Source: a virus
IMG/VR virus record: IMGVR_UViG_3300017766_002493
Span: 56,124 to 120,123 of that record
DNA length: 64,000 nt
Direction: 5' to 3' (one strand)
Shown here: one piece after another, positions 36,285-45,294 of the stretch
How the letters are laid out: each line of letters starts with the position of its first letter
How positions within the stretch are numbered: position 1 is the stretch's first letter
Notes under the pieces: model-generated
What the model was told of the DNA's origin: nothing
The model's database searches: none
What the model saw: only the letters and a program-made list of their open reading frames with translations
Made by a program: the position numbers and the translations under genes

Positions 36285-37772
36285 ATGAGCAAAAATAATC
36301 AAGTAAGTTTGAATATCGATGAGTTAAAGAACTTTGTAACTCACATTGTAGATAATAATAGATTCCTTCAAGAAAGAGGAAAGAAACCAGTAGCCATCGA
36401 GGTTATTGGTGATTCAGGTATTGGTAAGACAACTTCTATTTTGCAATTAGCAAGTGAGTTGAATCTAAATTGTGTGAAATTAAATTTAGCTCAAATCGAG
36501 GAGCTTGGTGATTTAGTAGGTTTTCCTGTTAGACAATTTCAATTGTGCAAAGAAGGATCCGCTAATGTAGAACTTAAACCTGCTGTAGTAAGCAAACATG
36601 TTCCTGTTGTAAACAAGGTTAAGAAGAAACAGATAACTACTGTTACTGAATATGAAACAAGAATGGTTGAAGAATTTGAAATTAAGATTACTAAGAAACA
36701 AGTTCTAGAAGGTGGCAAGTTTATTACTAAGGAAATTGAAACTAAGATTCCTAAGATGGTAGAAAAACAAATACCTGTTGAGAAAGAAGTAGAAGAGGAA
36801 ATCGAAGTAGATGAAATTGTAGAGGTTCCTGTTGCTGAAGTTCAAAGTACTACATCTGATTATGAATGCTTATGGATTGATGAGCAAGCTGTAGAAGAAT
36901 ATGTAAGACAAGGTTACAAGTTTACCGGTGAAAAGAGAATGTCTTATTGTCCACCAGAGTGGATTGCTGATAAGCAAGGTGGTGGTATCTTAATCCTTGA
37001 TGACTGGAATCGTGCTGATATCAGATTTATCCAAGCTGTGATGGAGTTGGTAGATAGACAAGAGTATATCTCATGGAAGTTACCTAAAGATTGGCATATC
37101 ATATTGACTGCTAATCCAGATAACGGAGACTACTTGGTTAACTCTATTGACACAGCTCAGAGAACTCGATTCATTAGTGTTAATCTAAAATTTGATATCG
37201 AAGTATGGGGTAAGTGGGCAGAGACAGAACAGTTGGATACTCGTTGTATTAACTTTATGTTGATGCATCCTGAATTAGTTACTCAGAAAACTAATGCTAG
37301 GAGTATTGTAACTTTCTATAACTCTATTAGTAGTATCAAAGATTTTGATAAGAATCTTCCTATGATCCAAATGATTGGTGAAGGTAGTGTTGGACCTGAG
37401 TTTACTACTATGTTTACTACATTTATTCACAACAAGTTGGATAAGATGTTAGATCCTAAGCAGATCTTGACTCATGATAATGAATCATATATTATTGGAG
37501 AATTAAGAAACACTGTAGGTAGAGATGATAACTATAGACCTGATATTGCTAGCACTCTTGCTACCAGGATTATTAATTACAGTATCTTCTATGCAGAAAA
37601 GAATACTATTAATCAAAAGATAATCGACAGGATTATTAAGATTGTAACCGATGAAGAAGCTTTTACCAATGACTTAAGATATCATTTGGTGAAGAAAATC
37701 TTGAATGGTAATAAGCAAAAGTTCCAAAAGCTTTTAGCTAACCAACAAGTTATTGAAATGTCAATGAAATAA
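36285..37772 (+). CDS. MoxR-like AAA+ ATPase
   Basis: GDSGIGKT, ILDDWNR, TANP, arginine finger TRF; adjacent to the vWA gene. Confidence 0.88.
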   Translation: MSKNNQVSLNIDELKNFVTHIVDNNRFLQERGKKPVAIEVIGDSGIGKTTSILQLASELNLNCVKLNLAQIEELGDLVGFPVRQFQLCKEGSANVELKPAVVSKHVPVVNKVKKKQITTVTEYETRMVEEFEIKITKKQVLEGGKFITKEIETKIPKMVEKQIPVEKEVEEEIEVDEIVEVPVAEVQSTTSDYECLWIDEQAVEEYVRQGYKFTGEKRMSYCPPEWIADKQGGGILILDDWNRADIRFIQAVMELVDRQEYISWKLPKDWHIILTANPDNGDYLVNSIDTAQRTRFISVNLKFDIEVWGKWAETEQLDTRCINFMLMHPELVTQKTNARSIVTFYNSISSIKDFDKNLPMIQMIGEGSVGPEFTTMFTTFIHNKLDKMLDPKQILTHDNESYIIGELRNTVGRDDNYRPDIASTLATRIINYSIFYAEKNTINQKIIDRIIKIVTDEEAFTNDLRYHLVKKILNGNKQKFQKLLANQQVIEMSMK

Positions 37773-37774
37773 TT

Positions 37775-38269
37775 ATGACCAATCCTAACTCTTCGACAAC
37801 ACTTCTCAATGGAGCAAGTGTTGTCTTAGATGAGGAGAGTGCTGCTAGCTTGATGAATATGTATTCTAGTTCAGATGCAGAGAATCATGTTGTAGCTCAA
37901 AACCTCATCTTAAAAGTAGACCTCAATGTTCCTATTAATTATTATTATTTGTATAGAATTGCTCGCAGAGGATATGCTGTAGCAGATAGAATGATTAATA
38001 GAAGAACAAAAGCAGGTAGAGAATTTGAAACAAAATTTAATACTAGAGTAGTAAGCAGTATGCCACTAGCTAGATTTCTATTAAAACTTAAAAATAATAA
38101 TCTTTTATCAAAGGATGTAGTAGAAAAATTTAACAATGAAGTTGTTAAAGAAATAGAGAAACATTTAAAGAGTACAGTGTATTCTAAATTGTTTGATTTT
38201 AAACTTTCTTACAAGGAAGAAATAGGAAACATATTAGATGCTAATGATTTTGTAAAACTAAATTTTTAA
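37775..38269 (+). CDS. Helical hypothetical protein
   Basis: MNMYSSSDAENHVVAQNLI motif. Confidence 0.6.
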   Translation: MTNPNSSTTLLNGASVVLDEESAASLMNMYSSSDAENHVVAQNLILKVDLNVPINYYYLYRIARRGYAVADRMINRRTKAGREFETKFNTRVVSSMPLARFLLKLKNNNLLSKDVVEKFNNEVVKEIEKHLKSTVYSKLFDFKLSYKEEIGNILDANDFVKLNF

Positions 38270-38271
38270 AA

Positions 38272-39408
38272 ATGTTACAAGAAATATTTAAAAATAAAAT
38301 AGAGATCCATAATATGGATAATGATAATTCTGTTATAGAATTTGAAATAAAAAAGTGTTTGCCATTAGACGCTGTAAATAAACAGGAGCTAATAAAATTA
38401 ATACAGCCTGTTAAGTATACCATATCTAAAGGGGACAAAATATATTTTCTACAAGGATGCGATGTTCCTAGATTTAAACTATCAACTCTAAAAGATGATA
38501 TAGAATTTAGTATTAGCAAAACTGTTGACAATGCTAATGTAGTAGTATATTCTGAAAAGTTTGTAGATAAAATGTTTAAATTAGATTATGTTAGCAACTA
38601 TGTTACCAAATATGAAATAACAACGTATGTAAGAGACAAGTTTAAGAATAATGAATCTGAGAGTGTTCAAAAATTTCTAAGTGTTTTAAATGATGAAAAT
38701 ACTATGGACATTGTAAGATTTTGGAACTGGAGCAAGTTTAGAGAAGTAAAACCTAATGCTTATCATAATAGTCAAAGAGTGTGGGAAGCTGATATTGAAG
38801 ATCTTAAAACAATAGATACTATAAAAGCCAATAAGATTATTGTGCATCAAGATGATTTATTATCTAGAATAAACATTGTTAATATGACAGAAGAGATGTT
38901 CTTAGAAGCATGTAAAATGTTTAGATCAAAGGATCATAATAACCATGTATTAGCTATGGAATTAATGGCTAATTGTGATTATGATAAATCAGCATTGTAT
39001 CTATTAGAATTATTTAGATTATTTGGTAGAGATGCAATTTATAATAGAAGAGAAAGAAGCCATGTTAATTTTAAATCTTTATGTAATTATTTTGGTGTTA
39101 AGGCTGGTAATTATTATGATTTAGATGATATAATAAATATTCTTACTGCTAAGAGAGTATTGACTCCTGATAAATTAGATACTCTAATCAAATTAGCTAA
39201 AGAAGATTTTGCAGAAACTGTTGATAATAACTCTAAATATTTTAAAGTATTAGATATTGTTCCTAACAATAATTTGTTAAACAACATAGCTAATATAGAA
39301 AGAATCATGGAAGGTCATAACATAGATGATAAAGAGTTTTATTATTCTGACGACAGAAATATAAATAAGAAAGATGACGATGATATTGATAACGATGATG
39401 ATTTTTAA
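38272..39408 (+). CDS. Hypothetical protein (possible BRCT-like N-terminal region plus helical domain)
   Basis: KMFRSKDHNNHVLAMELMANC; acidic tail. Confidence 0.6.
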   Translation: MLQEIFKNKIEIHNMDNDNSVIEFEIKKCLPLDAVNKQELIKLIQPVKYTISKGDKIYFLQGCDVPRFKLSTLKDDIEFSISKTVDNANVVVYSEKFVDKMFKLDYVSNYVTKYEITTYVRDKFKNNESESVQKFLSVLNDENTMDIVRFWNWSKFREVKPNAYHNSQRVWEADIEDLKTIDTIKANKIIVHQDDLLSRINIVNMTEEMFLEACKMFRSKDHNNHVLAMELMANCDYDKSALYLLELFRLFGRDAIYNRRERSHVNFKSLCNYFGVKAGNYYDLDDIINILTAKRVLTPDKLDTLIKLAKEDFAETVDNNSKYFKVLDIVPNNNLLNNIANIERIMEGHNIDDKEFYYSDDRNINKKDDDDIDNDDDF

Positions 39409-39410
39409 AC

Positions 39411-40445
39411 ATGATTAAAGACACAGAAACAATATTGCTAGAAGATAAATTCTATGCTGAAAAGTATCATATTAGTTACTCAGCTATGAGTAAACTTTTG
39501 TATTCCCCATATTTGTTTTATAAACATTATGTGTTGGGACAAAGAGAGGATGAACAAACTGTTGCTACCCTGGCCGGTAAAGTTGTTCACTGTTTATTGC
39601 TGGACGGTGATAACTTTAGTAAACAGTTTATCTTACTCCCTGGTAATTTGCCTAGTGATAATCCCAAGAAAATTATCGAGGCGGTATATGAACACCATAC
39701 AAATCAACCTGCAACTACTTCCGAATCTGAGGAAGTAGTTACCCTAACACATTATAAGGATTATATTCTATCTGCCCTGGTAGAAGCAAACCTTTATCAA
39801 ACTCTCAAAACAGATCAGCAACGCTTAGACAAAATCATAACACCAAGTCACGAAGAATACTTTGGTTTTCTTGTCAAGAAAAATGGAAAAGATATTGTAG
39901 ATATCCCAACCTATGACGAGTGTCTAGCCATAGTAGAGCAACTCAAATCAGATACTCAAGTAACAGATCTACTAGGCATGTCGAATACCAATGAGACATC
40001 CCAAGTTCTTAATGAGCTTATGTTATCTGTAGACACTATAGAAGGTTTATCATTTGGTATAAAGGGTGTATTAGATAATCTAGTTATTGATACTGAGAAC
40101 AAGTATATTAGAATCAATGACATAAAGAAAACATCTAAAACATTATCTGAGTTCCCAGATACGGTTGAATTCTATAACTATTGGATACAAGCTTCTTTAT
40201 ATAACTTGATGGTAAAGAAAGAGTTTCTTGAAAACAATAATATTGATAGCAAGGATTGGACAATAGATTTTAATTTTATAGTGATTGACAAGTATAAACA
40301 AGTCTATCCTTTTAAAGTATCTGCAAAAACCATGGAGGAATGGACTGTAAGATTAGAAGAAGTTCTACAAATTTGCAATTGGCATTATGAAAATAGAAAC
40401 TTTAATTTACCATATAAATTGGCAAATGGTAGTTTCTTACTTTAA
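39411..40445 (+). CDS. PD-(D/E)XK exonuclease (RecE/Cas4-like)
   Basis: SYS, G..VH..LL, KGVLDNL..D......DIKKT, Y..Q...Y. Confidence 0.8.
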   Translation: MIKDTETILLEDKFYAEKYHISYSAMSKLLYSPYLFYKHYVLGQREDEQTVATLAGKVVHCLLLDGDNFSKQFILLPGNLPSDNPKKIIEAVYEHHTNQPATTSESEEVVTLTHYKDYILSALVEANLYQTLKTDQQRLDKIITPSHEEYFGFLVKKNGKDIVDIPTYDECLAIVEQLKSDTQVTDLLGMSNTNETSQVLNELMLSVDTIEGLSFGIKGVLDNLVIDTENKYIRINDIKKTSKTLSEFPDTVEFYNYWIQASLYNLMVKKEFLENNNIDSKDWTIDFNFIVIDKYKQVYPFKVSAKTMEEWTVRLEEVLQICNWHYENRNFNLPYKLANGSFLL

Positions 40446-40461
40446 ATTGTAGAAAAAATTT

Positions 40462-41040
40462 ATGAGTCTGTCTTTATACAAAGAGTATATACAAAAGAGT
40501 AGGATATTTTTATATCCTGCACTGGAATTTAAGAGAGGAAGCGGTGTGACTCCAATTCAAACTTATGCCTCGTGGGAGGGCAATTACACAGTTAATGATT
40601 ACAAATTATCTTGTGTATATTATATAAGAAATGATGAGGAGTTTAAACACTATGAAACTAATAGGCTATTAGGTCATCACATGTTTTATGATTTTAAACT
40701 AATTGAAGATGACAAAGGTGTTTATGTATTTGATTTTCAGAAATATAAAGATGATTGGGATAATTTTATCAAAGGTAAGTATTCAAAGTTAAGCTATGGT
40801 CTAAAGAAGAAAATACAAAATTTCTTCGGCGTAGGTAATCAAGGTATAATAGATTGCTATTTATATCCTGAAAGATTCTATAATCTTTATGCAGAGCTAC
40901 TGGTAGCGGATTCGAGGGATCAGCCGCAGATGTTGTCTCTGTTAAAGAGTGTAGGAGAGCTATGCTCTATTGCAGATTTTGAACAAGAAAATCTAACAGC
41001 AGATATAAAAGATTTGCATATGTTTAAGAAAATAACTTAA
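40462..41040 (+). CDS. Hypothetical protein
   Basis: 192-aa ORF, F..GKYSKLS. Confidence 0.65.
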   Translation: MSLSLYKEYIQKSRIFLYPALEFKRGSGVTPIQTYASWEGNYTVNDYKLSCVYYIRNDEEFKHYETNRLLGHHMFYDFKLIEDDKGVYVFDFQKYKDDWDNFIKGKYSKLSYGLKKKIQNFFGVGNQGIIDCYLYPERFYNLYAELLVADSRDQPQMLSLLKSVGELCSIADFEQENLTADIKDLHMFKKIT

Positions 41041-41068
41041 TTTGTAGTTCACCAATCAAACTTATATT

Positions 41069-41476
41069 ATGTCACAGAAATCAATGATGTTAATTTCATC
41101 TAAGTGGGGAGAAGCTGATAGCTTTAGACTTATTCCAATCGAAAACAATTGCCCATTTGTTGAGGCAATTTATGACCCTGATACAAGGGTATTAGTACTA
41201 ATCTCCAATGTTAAAAAGCAAAGCTTACATATGTTGGCTAAGCTTGATGAACAAGGGGATCCAGTAAAACTCAAGAAACCAAGGGCTAATTTTAAGCCTT
41301 TCCCGGAAGAAAGAAAGACAATAGAAACTTTCCAAGAATATTACATAACAGAAAAAAGTGAGATAGAAAATATTATTAATATGTTTGCTATTAATGCTGA
41401 GACATTTAACTATTCTACTTTTCTATCAGGTATAGTAAAACCAGAAGAAAAGAAATTACAGCTTATACAACCATAA
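41069..41476 (+). CDS. Hypothetical protein
   Basis: 135-aa ORF. Confidence 0.65.
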   Translation: MSQKSMMLISSKWGEADSFRLIPIENNCPFVEAIYDPDTRVLVLISNVKKQSLHMLAKLDEQGDPVKLKKPRANFKPFPEERKTIETFQEYYITEKSEIENIINMFAINAETFNYSTFLSGIVKPEEKKLQLIQP

Positions 41477-41496
41477 TTAGTAATTGAAATTAAAAT

Positions 41497-41527
41497 AAAG
41501 CAGAGTGTAAAAAGCTCTGCTTTTTTT
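41497..41527 (+). terminator. Intrinsic terminator
   Basis: AAAGCAGAG...CTCTGCTTTTTTT. Confidence 0.7.
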
Positions 41528-41568
41528 GTTAACTAAATCGGGGGGACAGCTTAACTGAACAATATATT

Positions 41569-43497
41569 ATGAGTACAGAATACAAGACTCATTGGGTAAT
41601 GGATTATGAAACACTATCTAATTGTTTCGTAGCGGTATTTGAAGACTACAAAGCTAATATCAGAAACATATTCATAATTCACAAGCTTGCTAATCATCTA
41701 CCAGAGCTGGTTAAATTCCTAGAAAGAAACAGAGACAATCAAGAGTGGCATATATCCTTTAATGGTTTAGCTTTTGATTCTCAAATCACTGAGTATATTT
41801 TAAGAGATAAAGATATACTACTAGGATCTACTGCTGAAGATGTAGCTGGCGCTTTGTATAAGAAAGCTCAAGAGATTATATCTAGACAAGACCGTGGAGA
41901 ATTCTCAGAGTTTAGTGAGAGAGATTTATCTATATTACAGGTGGATCTATTTAAACTAAATCACTGGGATAACGCAGCTAAGAGATCTAGTTTGAAATGG
42001 ATACAGTATTCTATGGACTGGGAGAATATTCAAGAGATGCCTATTCACCACAGAACAGAAATAAAATCAATGAAAGAGATAAGCACTGTTATTGATTATT
42101 GTATTAATGATGTTAGATCAACTAAAGGTATCCTTCACAAGTGTTCTGATCAGATTAATCTACGTGGAACATTGACGGGTGAATATAATATCCCGTTATA
42201 TAGTGCCTCAGAGCCAAGAATATCCAAAGAATTATTTCTTCTTTTCCTTAGTAAAAGTATAGGTATTCGCAAATATGACCTTAAGCAAATGAGAACACGG
42301 AGAGATTTTATCAGAGTATCAGATATAATCTTACCTTATGTAAAGTTTAATAAACCAGAATTCCAAGATTTACTTAAAGCTTATAACAACCTAGTAATAA
42401 ACCCTAATAATATTAAGGGCGCATTCAAGTATGTTCTAAAGCATAAGGATGTAAAAACAGAATATGGTTTAGGTGGTTTACATGGTGCAACTAATAGTAA
42501 TATCTATGAGGCAAAAGATGGTATGATCATTATGACTAGTGATGTTACTAGCTTCTATCCTAATCTAGCTATTAGAAATAAGTGGTCTCCTGCTCATTTA
42601 CCAAAAGAAAAGTTTTGCGAATTATATGAGTGGTTCTTTGAAGAAAGAAAGAAGATACCTAAGAAGGATCCAAAGAACTATGTGTATAAGATTATTCTTA
42701 ATTCAACCTATGGTTTATCTATTGAACCAAATTCTTTTCTATATGATCCACAGTTTGGTATGCAGATAACTATCAATGGTCAGTTACTATTGACTATGCT
42801 ATATGAGATGTTATCTGAGGGTATCCCTGGTAGCATACCGCTGATGCAAAATACTGATGGTCTAGAGATGATGATACCTGAACAATACAGAGAAAAATAT
42901 TTTGAGATTTGTAAAGTTTGGGAAGACATGACTAGTCTTCAATTAGAGCATGATCAATATAGAAAGATGATTATTGCTGATGTAAACAATTATATTGCAA
43001 TACCTACTGATGAGAAGAAAGAAGTAAAATGTAAAGGTAGATTTGAATTTGATAAGCTAGCTCTTCACAAAAACAAAAGTTTCCTGATTATTAGAAAAGC
43101 GCTTTATAATTATTTTGTTAAAGACATGTCTCCAGAAAAAACTCTTAGTGAAAATAAAAATATCTATGATTATTGTGGAGGTGTTAAAATCAAAGGTGAA
43201 TGGGAGTTCAAGCAAATTTGTGTTGTAAATGGTGAGATACAACATGAAACATTGCAGAAAACTCTTAGGTATTATATATCCGAAAGTGGTTGCAAAATAA
43301 TAAAAGCCAATAGAAATGATGGTAGGGAAATACAACTAGAAGCTGGTAAGTGGATGCAAGTAGTATTTAATAAATACAAAAAACTTAATTGGGAAGATTA
43401 TGATATAGATGAGTCTTATTATCTAAATTATATCTATAAGGAAATAGCAAACATAACACCACCTCCTAAAATACAGATGCAATTAGAATTTAATTAA
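41569..43497 (+). CDS. Family B DNA polymerase (crAss-like type)
   Basis: Exo motifs DYE, FNG..FD, YC.ND; polymerase motifs DVTSFYP, KIILNSTYG, NTDG. Confidence 0.93.
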   Translation: MSTEYKTHWVMDYETLSNCFVAVFEDYKANIRNIFIIHKLANHLPELVKFLERNRDNQEWHISFNGLAFDSQITEYILRDKDILLGSTAEDVAGALYKKAQEIISRQDRGEFSEFSERDLSILQVDLFKLNHWDNAAKRSSLKWIQYSMDWENIQEMPIHHRTEIKSMKEISTVIDYCINDVRSTKGILHKCSDQINLRGTLTGEYNIPLYSASEPRISKELFLLFLSKSIGIRKYDLKQMRTRRDFIRVSDIILPYVKFNKPEFQDLLKAYNNLVINPNNIKGAFKYVLKHKDVKTEYGLGGLHGATNSNIYEAKDGMIIMTSDVTSFYPNLAIRNKWSPAHLPKEKFCELYEWFFEERKKIPKKDPKNYVYKIILNSTYGLSIEPNSFLYDPQFGMQITINGQLLLTMLYEMLSEGIPGSIPLMQNTDGLEMMIPEQYREKYFEICKVWEDMTSLQLEHDQYRKMIIADVNNYIAIPTDEKKEVKCKGRFEFDKLALHKNKSFLIIRKALYNYFVKDMSPEKTLSENKNIYDYCGGVKIKGEWEFKQICVVNGEIQHETLQKTLRYYISESGCKIIKANRNDGREIQLEAGKWMQVVFNKYKKLNWEDYDIDESYYLNYIYKEIANITPPPKIQMQLEFN

Positions 43498-43503
43498 TTA
43501 ACT

Positions 43504-44355
43504 ATGCCAAAAAGAATAAAACAATTAACTAAGGATGAAGTAATCAATACGGCTTTGCCACAACATGCTTCAACCTATACTGTTATTCCACACTCTTTTG
43601 TGATAACAGAAACAGAAAACCAGCTTAAGCAAGCTGGCTTCGAAGTCGAAAGAGAAACCTACAGAGGCAATGATAACAATCAAGTAGTATCTTGTACAAT
43701 GCATCTTAAAGCAGGTGATGATTCTGATATGAAGATGATGTTTGCCTGGGCTAATTCTTATGACAAGTCAATGAGATTCAAGTGTGCTATTGGTGGTTAC
43801 TTACCACAAAGCCAATCTGTAATCGTATCTGGTAACATGGGTACCTGGGGTAGAAAGCATACAGGCACAGCTGATACAGAAACTAAGGATACAATAGCAG
43901 AGCAAATATCAAAGGCATCTTCCTACTACGATAACCTAGTCAAGGATAAGGAGTCAATGAAAAGCGTCATCCTTACCAAAACAGCTAAGGCTCAATTAGC
44001 AGGTGTACTTTATATAGAACACGGATTATTAACCGGTGAACAATTAGGTATCCTTAAAGAACAGATTAGAAAACCGGCGTATAACTATTCAGGTGATAAA
44101 GATAGCTTGTGGGTATTTTATTGTAATATTATTTATACTTTGCAAAGATCTCATCCTAGAAGCTGGTTAGATCAACAAAGAATTATTCATTGGTTTCTTA
44201 CAGATTCTTATCAAATTTTTAATGAACCAAAAGATAATAATATTAACTTAGCGGACCCAGGAATATCTGAGACAATAAATCCTAATCAGATTACAATTGA
44301 TCAAGTTATTGCTGAAGAAAATAATAAAGAATCTGCAATAGATCACAGCTTATGA
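43504..44355 (+). CDS. DUF932-like protein
   Basis: TYTVIPH, NSYDKS, RKHTG. Confidence 0.65.
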   Translation: MPKRIKQLTKDEVINTALPQHASTYTVIPHSFVITETENQLKQAGFEVERETYRGNDNNQVVSCTMHLKAGDDSDMKMMFAWANSYDKSMRFKCAIGGYLPQSQSVIVSGNMGTWGRKHTGTADTETKDTIAEQISKASSYYDNLVKDKESMKSVILTKTAKAQLAGVLYIEHGLLTGEQLGILKEQIRKPAYNYSGDKDSLWVFYCNIIYTLQRSHPRSWLDQQRIIHWFLTDSYQIFNEPKDNNINLADPGISETINPNQITIDQVIAEENNKESAIDHSL

Positions 44356-44696
44356 ATAGAAAAGATTTCAACGAGATTGTAAAAAAAAGACAAGAACTCA
44401 TAGAAAGAGTTCTTGTAAATAAAGGAGCAGAATATGCTAATGAACAAAATGTTTTTTATAATTTTGAAAAAGCTGTTGGAATATCATTTTCAAATAGTAG
44501 AGAGATGGTTGCTTGGGAATACATGACCAAGCACCTTCAATCTATAAAAGATTTGATAGATGCGGATTCTAAACAAGGACCTAAGCAATACCCAGCAATT
44601 CCTACAGTAGAAGAAAAGATAGGAGATGCTATAAATTACTTAATCCTAATAGAAGCAATGTTAAAACAAAAACTTTTAAAACGCGAATCACTGTAA
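44352..44696 (+). CDS. Nucleotide-modification-associated (dUTPase/MazG-fold-like) protein
   Basis: KGAEYA....NF...KH...EKIGDAINYLIL. Confidence 0.55.
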   Translation: MNRKDFNEIVKKRQELIERVLVNKGAEYANEQNVFYNFEKAVGISFSNSREMVAWEYMTKHLQSIKDLIDADSKQGPKQYPAIPTVEEKIGDAINYLILIEAMLKQKLLKRESL

Positions 44697-44858
44697 TGAA
44701 AATTGTAGAAAAAGAAATAGATTTATTTTTTTGCTTTCAAGAAAATGATACAACAACTATATCAATTCACTTAGGCAAAACAAAAAAATATCTTTACAAA
44801 AATTCTACAGGTCCAATCTGCGAAAGCGACATCTTTGTAAGTATACACAGAATAAATT

Positions 44859-45242
44859 ATGGAAAAACAAATAACACAAGTGGAATCATTCCACAACGCG
44901 TTCCTAGAAAAAAACGGGGAAAAGCCTCAACTAATAGATGGGACAGTTTACCACCTGAGACATAGATTGATGGAGGAAGAAAACAATGAGTATTTAGAAG
45001 CCTGCGAAGCTAATGATTTAGTAGGTATAGCAGATGCTCTTGGTGATCAGCTTTATATTCTTTGCGGAACAATTTTAAAACACGGGCTACAACACAAAAT
45101 AGAAGAAGTGTTTGATGAAATCCAGAAAAGCAATATGAGTAAACTGGACAGAGACGGTAAACCAATCTTTAGAGAAGATGGTAAAATCCTAAAAGGACCC
45201 GACTACTTTAGACCAGACATTAGCAAGATTCTTAACCAATAA
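44859..45242 (+). CDS. MazG/PRA-PH-like nucleoside triphosphate pyrophosphohydrolase
   Basis: EEENNEY...ADALGD...SNMSKL..DGKPIFREDGKILKGP. Confidence 0.88.
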   Translation: MEKQITQVESFHNAFLEKNGEKPQLIDGTVYHLRHRLMEEENNEYLEACEANDLVGIADALGDQLYILCGTILKHGLQHKIEEVFDEIQKSNMSKLDRDGKPIFREDGKILKGPDYFRPDISKILNQ

Positions 45243-45274
45243 AAAAAGGCAGCTTACGGGCTGCCCTTTTTTTT
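45241..45274. terminator. Bidirectional terminator at the convergence of middle and late genes
   Basis: A7-GGCAGC-TTACGG-GCTGCC-C-T8. Confidence 0.85.
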
Positions 45275-45294
45275 CTAATCCGTCATAGGTAGTA

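Noticed and set aside
36537-36870. Intein in the MoxR ATPase
   Set aside because: No HN-C/S/T splice junction or LAGLIDADG motifs; the composition is low-complexity
44696-44965. 89-aa ORF between the two pyrophosphatase-like genes
   Set aside because: Overlaps 44859..45242 by over 100 nt out of frame and has no motif; left unannotated although a real short gene cannot be excluded
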